A stretch of DNA of 64,000 nucleotides from Escherichia coli. GTDB taxonomy: Bacteria; Pseudomonadota; Gammaproteobacteria; Enterobacterales; Enterobacteriaceae. Positions 30,161 to 35,608 of this stretch are shown piece by piece. The position numbers were made by a program, and so were the translations under genes. Under the pieces are notes generated by a model. That model was not told where the DNA came from, made no database searches, and was given only the letters and a program-made list of their open reading frames with translations. Each line of letters begins with the position of its first letter. The stretch's first letter is position 1. The DNA is taken from the NCBI RefSeq assembly GCF_013315695.1, contig NZ_CP054353.1. One strand, given 5' to 3'.

Positions 30161-31078
30161 TTAAGTTGTTGGATTTTGGCTTTTATCTTCTTTGTAAGAA
30201 AGAAGGTCACACATCAAATTAACTACCTTGCTGAATTGGAAAAGGTCAGCGCCAGTCTGATGACGCCACTGGAATGCTTTATCATCTTCATCATTAAATG
30301 TCTGAGATTGAGTATTGATGCGCGAAAAATGGAAATTTTCGGTAAGAATGAAGGTCACACCGCAACCGGATAACTCCATTTTATCAGCAGTGAAACTACT
30401 ACTAAGGCTATCGGCCAGTTCGCTTTGAATTGACTCATGCTCAGCTGAGTAGCGAATAATTTCCTTTTGATCTGCGTAGCGTGATAGCTGAATATAATTT
30501 CCGACAGTGAATCCTTCAAATGCATTGGCTGCACCATTGATGTAGTTATTCAGGCGTGTAGTCAGTCCATTCTTGATATCACTGATGTTGATTGTTTCTG
30601 TTTTCACTGAACCGACAACCTTAATCAGCATTGCGCATACCATACCGGCTATTATTTTATTGGTTGTGTTGATTACCAATAATTTCTCATCAGTGCTGTA
30701 CAATGCAAGAATCAGAGTAGACTTAACAAATGCCTGTTTGCATAGATCTACTCGTACGTTATCAATAATGGCCAGTCGTTCGGCACGCTTTAATTTATTC
30801 CCGGACATATTTTCGGTTGTTTGGATTCGAGAATTAGCTTCTTTCATGACGACATGTCGGGGAATTATTTTCTGATCATGACGGATTACCATTGCGTACC
30901 CACCAGATATCGGAGTTACCAGTTCACCAGTGACAGGATTCTCTACAAAAGAGGACCGTGAAAATTCTGTTTCCCCGATTTCAGAATAAGGGAGTTCGAG
31001 AAGATGACCTTCAATAGCCTGTATACTAGGTAATGTTGCTCGGTACACAATTGCGTTACGAAATTTTGGTAATTTCAT
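30161..31078 (-). CDS. RdgC-like recombination-associated protein (305 aa)
   Basis: ORF 30161-31279. Start taken at MKLPKFRNAIVYRATLP preceded by GAGGAAAATAGA. Size and N-terminal motif are typical of RdgC. The upstream 67 codons of the ORF lie in the structured leader. Confidence 0.7.
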   Translation of the reverse strand: MKLPKFRNAIVYRATLPSIQAIEGHLLELPYSEIGETEFSRSSFVENPVTGELVTPISGGYAMVIRHDQKIIPRHVVMKEANSRIQTTENMSGNKLKRAERLAIIDNVRVDLCKQAFVKSTLILALYSTDEKLLVINTTNKIIAGMVCAMLIKVVGSVKTETINISDIKNGLTTRLNNYINGAANAFEGFTVGNYIQLSRYADQKEIIRYSAEHESIQSELADSLSSSFTADKMELSGCGVTFILTENFHFSRINTQSQTFNDEDDKAFQWRHQTGADLFQFSKVVNLMCDLLSYKEDKSQNPTT

Positions 31079-31113
31079 TCTATTTTCCTCTGCACAATGT
31101 ATTAGTTTCTCCA

Positions 31114-31200
31114 CAAAACAGAGAAGAACACCTGCGGTGGCAGCCGCCCGGATGGATTGGGTTATGAGCCCGTCGTCCGGTGATGCTCTTCTCTGTTTTG
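31114..31200. repeat. 14-bp perfect inverted repeat with 59-nt spacer
   Basis: CAAAACAGAGAAGA (31114-31127) and TCTTCTCTGTTTTG (31187-31200). Lies between the DicF-like terminator and the rdgC-like start. Confidence 0.6.
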
Positions 31201-31247
31201 TAAAAAGAGCGGTACCAGCCGGAAGCAAGTGTACAAACTGGTACCGC
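31201..31247 (-). terminator. intrinsic terminator at the end of the PL leader
   Basis: Minus strand reads GCGGTACCAG-(19 nt)-CTGGTACCGC followed by TCTTTTTA. 10-bp perfect stem. Confidence 0.7.
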
Positions 31248-31265
31248 CAAAGCAGTGGCTGTTGT
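31202..31265 (-). ncRNA. dicF: DicF-like small RNA (5' end approximate)
   Basis: Minus strand ...CTGCTTTGGCGGTACCAGTTTGTACACTTGCTTCCGGCTGGTACCGCTCTTTTT. The core TTTGGCGGTACCAGTTTGTAC closely matches K-12 DicF TTTGGCGGTATCAGTTTTAC (sequence from memory). Same context as Qin dicA - leader - dicF - terminator. Confidence 0.5.
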
Positions 31266-31658
31266 GGTGGGGTTGTCACTCAGGCGTATGGTCAACCTGA
31301 CAACCCGGTGTCCTCAACGGGGAAAGAGTAACCCCGCCATACTTACCGCCGCGCCATTTCGCGGATTACCACAACGCTGAGAGCACTTAGCCAGTTACGG
31401 CACCACACTTTGTCGCGGTTCCATAAATGCCCTCATCGTTGCACCCTGGTCTCTTCCCAGGCGTCAAACCGAATCGCCACGCTGGTTAGGCGTCTTATCA
31501 GCATCCTCATTGACTTGCACATTCCGGCTATCTGGTTTGTTTGCCCGAGCAAGGAGTGGATTGTCCCCTTTAACGTCCCCAGACCGCTAACGACGCATGT
31601 GCCATACGCCGTGTTACAACCAAATTTTGTTAGTACCTTGTTTGTAGGTCTGGAGAGA

Positions 31659-31687
31659 AAGATAAAATGAAGTTGCGCATTATGCAA
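31659..31687 (-). promoter_or_regulatory. putative PL promoter
   Basis: Minus strand TTGCAT (31682-31687), 17-nt spacer, TATCTT (31659-31664). The -35 lies inside operator OL1. Confidence 0.45.
31673..31687. promoter_or_regulatory. operator OL1 (TTGC-N7-GCAA)
   Basis: TTGCGCATTATGCAA. Same 15-bp palindromic pattern as 31696-31710 and 32480-32494. Confidence 0.55.
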
Positions 31688-31695
31688 GTGTTTTA

Positions 31696-31710
31696 TTGCG
31701 AGATAAGCAA
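31696..31710. promoter_or_regulatory. operator OL2 (TTGC-N7-GCAA)
   Basis: TTGCGAGATAAGCAA. Confidence 0.55.
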
Positions 31711-31722
31711 TTTGGTGGGTAA

Positions 31723-31745
31723 TGAAAAGCCACCTTCTGGTGGCT
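31723..31745 (-). terminator. intrinsic terminator after the repressor gene
   Basis: Minus strand AGCCACC-AGAA-GGTGGCT followed by TTTTC, 21 nt after the cI stop. Confidence 0.65.
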
Positions 31746-31766
31746 AATTGATGTTGAGGTAGGGGG

Positions 31767-32459
31767 TTAATTGTGTCGCTTAAGGGTCTGTGACTGACTG
31801 ATTAAGACCTTTCCAAAGACCATAAACCGGTGTTCGTTTTCGCTGGTAATTCCCCATTCGCGGTAAATCTGATTATCAGAAATTACCAGCAGTTTATCAG
31901 GTATCATTTGCAGTCGTTTGACGTAAATTTTATCATCAAAACCAAATACATATATACCATCCCCATCAAACTGATTGATACTGATATCAACGAAGATGAG
32001 ATCTCCTGGCTCAATGGTTGGACACATACTGTCCCCACGAACGTTGATAACTTTAATGTGATTTGCTGGTCGTCCACCAAACATCGATACAGCATTATCA
32101 GTTCTGTATTCAATGGCATGAATCACATCAATGACATCACCGCCCTGGATAAGGCCATTTCCCGCACTGGCACTGACATCCAGCATTTCAATACGGAATA
32201 CATCCTTCACCTGCGTAACATCCTCACTAATACTGTTTTTACATACAGTATTACTTTTGAGGTCTGAGGTAAAGAGATCAGCAATATCAACACCTAAGCT
32301 CCTGGCAATATTACTCAGGGCTTGTTCAGTGAATTGTTTCTGCTTACCTGTTTCGAGGCGCGAGATATTCGCCGCATCCACTCCTATTGCTTCAGCGAGA
32401 TCGGCGATTTTCATGTTCTTCGCCTGGCGAAGTTGTCTGACTCGATTTCCTATGTTCAT
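31767..32459 (-). CDS. cI: CI-type prophage repressor (HTH_XRE + S24 LexA-like peptidase), 230 aa
   Basis: N-terminal HTH (NMKIADLAEAIGVDAANISRLETGKQ). Possible Ala-Gly site (SASAGNG). Catalytic Ser (GDSMCPTI) and Lys (VKRL). Divergent from the cro-like gene. Resembles e14 YmfK/CohE as I remember it. Confidence 0.85.
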   Translation of the reverse strand: MNIGNRVRQLRQAKNMKIADLAEAIGVDAANISRLETGKQKQFTEQALSNIARSLGVDIADLFTSDLKSNTVCKNSISEDVTQVKDVFRIEMLDVSASAGNGLIQGGDVIDVIHAIEYRTDNAVSMFGGRPANHIKVINVRGDSMCPTIEPGDLIFVDISINQFDGDGIYVFGFDDKIYVKRLQMIPDKLLVISDNQIYREWGITSENEHRFMVFGKVLISQSQTLKRHN

Positions 32460-32465
32460 GCGTTT

Positions 32466-32494
32466 ATTACATTTCTTTATTGCGCGTTAAGCAA
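32466..32494 (-). promoter_or_regulatory. putative PRM producing a leaderless repressor mRNA
   Basis: Minus strand TTGCTT (32489-32494), 17-nt spacer, TGTAAT (32466-32471), then 6 nt to the cI ATG (32457-32459). No Shine-Dalgarno. Confidence 0.45.
32480..32494. promoter_or_regulatory. operator OR (TTGC-N7-GCAA) plus neighbouring related half-sites to 32542
   Basis: TTGCGCGTTAAGCAA. Further TTGCG/CGCAA half-sites lie at 32501-32518 and in the inverted repeat TTGCGTGA...TCACGCAA (32514-32542). Confidence 0.5.
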
Positions 32495-32500
32495 ATCAAC

Positions 32501-32529
32501 TTGCGCAAAATATTTGCGTGAAATAATAT
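32501..32529 (+). promoter_or_regulatory. putative PR promoter
   Basis: TTGCGC (32501-32506), 17-nt spacer, TAATAT (32524-32529). The cro-like ATG at 32557 is preceded by GGAGG. Confidence 0.5.
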
Positions 32530-32556
32530 GCTCATCACGCAATATGTGGAGGTTAT

Positions 32557-32817
32557 ATGCAATCACCATTACGGAATGTGCGTAAGGCGCACGGATTTAC
32601 TTTGCAGCATGTTGCTGCGGGCGTTCAGGTCAATCCAGCGACGCTGAGTCGTATTGAAAGACTGGAACAAATTCCATCTATCGATCTTGCAGAACGTCTG
32701 GCCAATTTTTTTAAGGGTGAAATCAGCGAAATGCAGATTCTTTATCCGGCACGTTTTCAATCTAGCCAAAACCAGAATGGGTTTAAACCACAGGAACAGG
32801 AGGTAAGCCGTGGGTAA
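32557..32817 (+). CDS. cro: Cro-like HTH_XRE regulator (86 aa)
   Basis: HTH (GFTLQHVAAGVQVNPATLSRIERLEQ). Divergent to the repressor across the operator region. Confidence 0.75.
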   Translation: MQSPLRNVRKAHGFTLQHVAAGVQVNPATLSRIERLEQIPSIDLAERLANFFKGEISEMQILYPARFQSSQNQNGFKPQEQEVSRG

Positions 32818-33367
32818 GCATCATTGGAAAGTGGAAAAACAGCCTGAGTGGTACGTGAAAGCTGTCAGAAAAACTATCGCGGCGTTGCCGGGGGGTTACG
32901 CTGAAGCTGCTGAGTGGCTGGATGTAACAGAGAACGCATTATTCAACCGCCTTCGTGCAGATGGCGATCAGATTTTCCCGCTGGGATGGGCAATGGTTTT
33001 ACAGCGTGCGGCTGGCACTCACTACATTGCGGATGCTGTCGCACAGTCTGCTGGTGGGGTGTTCGTATCGCTTCCTGAAATTGAGGCAGTAGAGAACGCC
33101 GATATAAACCAGCGCCTGCTGGAAGTCATTGAACAGATCGGCAGTTATTCCAGACAGATTCGTTCAGCAATCGAAGACGGTGTAGTGGAACCGCATGAGA
33201 AGACAGCAATTAACGACGAACTGTATCTTTCAATTTCGAAGCTCCAGGAGCATGCAGCACTGGTCTACAAAATCTTCTGCGCTCCAGAAAAGAGTAACGC
33301 CCGCGAGTGTGCAGCTCCGGGCGTCGTGGCGTCGATTGCTTCTGGTTGTGGAGAAACTAACGCATGA
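32810..33367 (+). CDS. YmfL-family putative regulatory protein (185 aa, GTG start)
   Basis: ...ALPGGYAEAAEWLDVTENALFNRLRADGDQIFPLGWAMVLQRAAGTHYIADAVA...INDELYLSISKLQEHAALVYKIF...CAAPGVVASIASGCGETNA closely matches e14 YmfL as I remember it. Confidence 0.75.
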   Translation: MGKHHWKVEKQPEWYVKAVRKTIAALPGGYAEAAEWLDVTENALFNRLRADGDQIFPLGWAMVLQRAAGTHYIADAVAQSAGGVFVSLPEIEAVENADINQRLLEVIEQIGSYSRQIRSAIEDGVVEPHEKTAINDELYLSISKLQEHAALVYKIFCAPEKSNARECAAPGVVASIASGCGETNA

Positions 33368-33692
33368 ATAGTTTAACGGCAAATAACCGTTTGTCGCAAC
33401 AGCTGGTGGTCAGCGTCGCTGAACACCTGTTGTTACGGCATGAATGCAGATTACCAAATCACCTGGCTGTAAGTAACCACAGAGAACTTTACCTGACTGT
33501 GGGGGGCGAGTTGTGCAGGAACTTAACCGCTGGTTTCGTGACGGAAGAGGGCTTTATGTCCATGTTATTCGTTGGGAGCCAGAAACACAGCGCGTTATCT
33601 ATCTTCGCAAAGACTACCCGCATGAGTGCTTTAGTCCTTTGTGGAAATTCAGGCGTGATTTTGTTGAGTGTGAAGGACCACCAGCATATTGA
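33364..33692 (+). pseudogene. ymfM-position gene split by a frameshift at a G6 run (or a 59-aa GTG-initiated ORF 33513-33692)
   Basis: ATG 33364 overlaps the upstream stop (ATGA). After 48 codons the run GGGGGG (33501-33506) is reached. With one extra G the frame continues RVVQELNRWFRDGRGLYVHVIRWEPETQRVIYLRKDYPHECFSPLWKFRRDFVECEGPPAY* (109 aa in total). That continuation looks protein-like (DUF4222-like) and is not in the ORF track. Confidence 0.4.
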
Positions 33693-33764
33693 TTCTGCAA
33701 TTCCGGGACGTTACACTGTTCAGGCACCTTATAAAGCGGGTGCCGGGATTGGCGTCCTGAAATT
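33678..33764 (+). repeat. 87-bp block, copy A (identical to 34541-34627); start of rha leader A
   Basis: Direct comparison of the two stretches gives 87/87 identity. Contains hairpin GGCACC-TTATAAAGCG-GGTGCC and site a1 ATTGGCGT. Confidence 0.9.
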
Positions 33765-33778
33765 CGCACATGCGCATA

Positions 33779-33800
33779 ACCGCGCTTCAGCGGTTTTTTT
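33779..33800 (+). terminator. hairpin plus T-run inside leader A
   Basis: ACCGC-GCTTCA-GCGGT followed by TTTTTT. Positional equivalent in copy B has a different stem sequence. Confidence 0.5.
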
Positions 33801-33827
33801 GCGCACGTTTCCTCACATCCAAATTAT

Positions 33828-33906
33828 GGTGGGGCGTGCAGGGGCATCGAAAGATGCGCCGGGGTCATGTGCGACCGGTTACGCCAACCCTGTACGTCTC
33901 ACCACC
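33828..33906 (+). ncRNA. c4-type antisense RNA candidate, copy A (ends approximate)
   Basis: Closing helix 33833-33843/33888-33898. GAAA-tetraloop hairpin 33844-33857. b' TCATGTGCGA (33865-33874) is complementary to 33944-33953 over the rha SD. a' ACGCCAA (33881-33887) is complementary to ATTGGCGT at 33748 and 33913. Helices co-vary with copy B. Confidence 0.55.
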
Positions 33907-33963
33907 TCTGTGATTGGCGTCCCATGTGGTGAGTTTTCAAAATTCGCACATGAGGATGTCACT

Positions 33964-34509
33964 ATGGCAACCACCCCTACCCAAACTCACCCTAAAATTG
34001 ATGTTATCCATGGGAAGGCTGTTACCTCTTCTTTGGCCGTTGCCGAATATTTCTGCAAGCAGCACAAAAACGTTATTCAAAAAATCCAGACGCTTGAGTG
34101 CTCTGTTGAATTCACTGAGCTGAATTTTCAGCCCAGTGATTACACCGATTGCACAGGCCGCAAACTCCCTTGTTACCAAATCACCCGCGACGGTTTTGCG
34201 TTTCTTGCCATGGGCTTCACGGGGAAACGTGCTGCCCGGTTCAAAGAGGCATACATCAATGCCTTTAACCAGATGGAGAAACAGCTTTCAAATCCCTCTG
34301 TACTGAGCGACGTTGCACATAACGCCAGCGTTCTCTATTCCTACATTTCATCAATTCATCAGGTCTGGCTGCAGCAGCTTTATCCTATGTTGGCAAAAGC
34401 CGAATCTCCGCTGGCTGTTAGCTTGTATGACTATATTAATGATGCTTCGGCGCTGGCCTGCCTCATAAATTTGTCGCTGAATCCTTCAGAGGTAAGGGGG
34501 CGTAAATGA
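33964..34509 (+). CDS. Rha-family phage regulatory protein, copy A (181 aa)
   Basis: Start taken at ATG 33964 (MATTPTQTHPKIDVIHGKAVTSSLAVAEYFCKQHKNVIQKI...) behind GAGGA. The Phage_pRha motif sits at the N-terminus as usual, with ...YQITRDGFAFLAMGFTGKRAARFKEAYINAFNQME. The 381-aa ORF in the track extends upstream through the structured leader. Confidence 0.75.
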   Translation: MATTPTQTHPKIDVIHGKAVTSSLAVAEYFCKQHKNVIQKIQTLECSVEFTELNFQPSDYTDCTGRKLPCYQITRDGFAFLAMGFTGKRAARFKEAYINAFNQMEKQLSNPSVLSDVAHNASVLYSYISSIHQVWLQQLYPMLAKAESPLAVSLYDYINDASALACLINLSLNPSEVRGRK

Positions 34510-34540
34510 TCCGGAATATTTTCAAACTGTTTACCAATCG

Positions 34541-34627
34541 CCACCAGCATATTGATTCTGCAATTCCGGGACGTTACACTGTTCAGGCACCTTATAAAGC
34601 GGGTGCCGGGATTGGCGTCCTGAAATT
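34541..34627 (+). repeat. 87-bp block, copy B (identical to 33678-33764); start of rha leader B
   Basis: 87/87 identity to copy A. It is preceded by the first 11 codons (MIRNIFKLFTN) of a duplicate of the 35384 gene start. Confidence 0.9.
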
Positions 34628-34643
34628 GTCAACGGCGATGTAT

Positions 34644-34663
34644 GACGCGCCAGCGTCTTTTTT
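34644..34663 (+). terminator. hairpin plus T-run inside leader B
   Basis: GACGC-GCCA-GCGTC followed by TTTTTT. Confidence 0.5.
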
Positions 34664-34693
34664 ATCGTCCGCATTTGCTCACATCCAGATTAT

Positions 34694-34772
34694 GGTGGGC
34701 TGGGCGGGGGCACCGAAAGGTGCGCCGGTCTCCGTTGACGCCGGTTACGCCAACCCCGTCCAGTTCACCACC
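34694..34772 (+). ncRNA. c4-type antisense RNA candidate, copy B (ends approximate)
   Basis: Closing helix 34700-34709/34754-34763. GCACC-GAAA-GGTGC hairpin 34710-34723. b' CTCCGTTGAC (34730-34739) is complementary to GTCAACGGAG (34811-34820) inside the rha SD. a' ACGCCAA is at 34747-34753. Confidence 0.55.
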
Positions 34773-34829
34773 AGTGAAATTGGCGTTTCCGGTGGTGGAA
34801 GTTTTTCACTGTCAACGGAGGCTGCCATC

Positions 34830-35387
34830 ATGGCTACGATCCCAGCCCTCACTCAACCTGAAATCACCATTGACAACGGCCAGGCCGTTACCACTTCTTT
34901 GGCTGTTGCCAACTTCTTCTCCAAGCGTCACGACGATGTGCTGAAAAAGATCCGCACTCTGGATTGTTCCCCTGAGTTTTGTGCCCGCAATTTTGCGGAG
35001 ACATCGATTTCGGTAAATCAACCGAACGGTGGTACACGCAAGCTCCTTTGCTATCAAATCACACGAGACGGTTTTGCGTTTCTTGCTATGGGTTTCACGG
35101 GTAAACGTGCTGCCCGGTTCAAAGAGGCATACATCAATGCCTTTAACCAGATGGAAAAACTGCTTTCAAAGCCATCCACGCTGAGCGATGCCGCAGATAA
35201 CGCCAGCGTGCTTTACTCCCACCTGTCGGTAATCCACAAGGTCTGGCTGCAGCAGCTTTATCCCATGTTGGCAAAAGCCGAATCCCCGCTGGCTGTAAGT
35301 CTGTATGACCGCATCAACGACGCGGCGCTACTGGCCAGTCTCATAAATTTGTCGCTGAACCCTTCAGAGGTAAGGGGGCGTAAATGA
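34830..35387 (+). CDS. Rha-family phage regulatory protein, copy B (185 aa)
   Basis: Start taken at ATG 34830 (MATIPALTQPEITIDNGQAVTTSLAVANFFSKRHDDVLKKI...) behind GGAGG. The C-terminal two thirds are nearly identical to copy A. Confidence 0.75.
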   Translation: MATIPALTQPEITIDNGQAVTTSLAVANFFSKRHDDVLKKIRTLDCSPEFCARNFAETSISVNQPNGGTRKLLCYQITRDGFAFLAMGFTGKRAARFKEAYINAFNQMEKLLSKPSTLSDAADNASVLYSHLSVIHKVWLQQLYPMLAKAESPLAVSLYDRINDAALLASLINLSLNPSEVRGRK

Positions 35388-35608
35388 TCCGGAATATTTT
35401 CAAACGGTTTACCAATCATACTTTCCGTTGTCCTCGTCCGGGTCAGTGGTACACCACGCCTGCAGGGCATGTTCTACGTGTTAGCCTGGTTGACCGTGAA
35501 TGTCAGAAGGTGATTTGTGAACCGCTGGGCCGTAATTACCGCGTCAGTATGCCGCTTATAGCCTTTCGCTCCGGAAAAAACATGAAGCATCTCGGAGGTG
35601 CTGCATGA
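35384..35608 (+). CDS. hypothetical small protein (74 aa), possibly DUF4222-like
   Basis: MIRNIFKRFTNHTFRCPRPGQWYTTPAGHVLRVSLVDRECQKVICEPLGRNYRVSMPLIAF... ATGA overlaps with both neighbours. Confidence 0.5.
   Translation: MIRNIFKRFTNHTFRCPRPGQWYTTPAGHVLRVSLVDRECQKVICEPLGRNYRVSMPLIAFRSGKNMKHLGGAA

Noticed and set aside
31198-31211. boxA-like sequence CGCTCTTTTTACAA on the minus strand (compare CGCTCTTTAACAA), possibly a nut site.
   Set aside because: It is simply the 3' arm end plus U-tract of the DicF-like terminator. No boxB-type hairpin and no N gene accompany it.
31280-31650. HK022 put-like antitermination RNA in the PL leader.
   Set aside because: I cannot recall the put consensus well enough to match it. 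The helices seen do not form the compact two-stem-loop arrangement near the promoter that put sites have. The region is left as an unexplained structured leader.
31433-31687. 84-aa minus-strand ORF as a candidate N-like antiterminator.
   Set aside because: It starts inside the OL operators, upstream of the predicted PL -10. It has no arginine-rich motif or ribosome-binding site, and it lies in sequence dominated by RNA helices.
33364-35387. The 381-aa (33364-34509) and 293-aa (34506-35387) ORFs in the track, read as long Rha proteins with N-terminal extensions.
   Set aside because: The Rha domain normally sits at the N-terminus, and good SD+ATG starts exist at 33964 and 34830. The upstream parts show helix-type covariation, GNRA hairpins and terminator-like hairpins. 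The first ORF also crosses a likely frameshift site. It remains a caveat that both leaders stay open in the rha frame.
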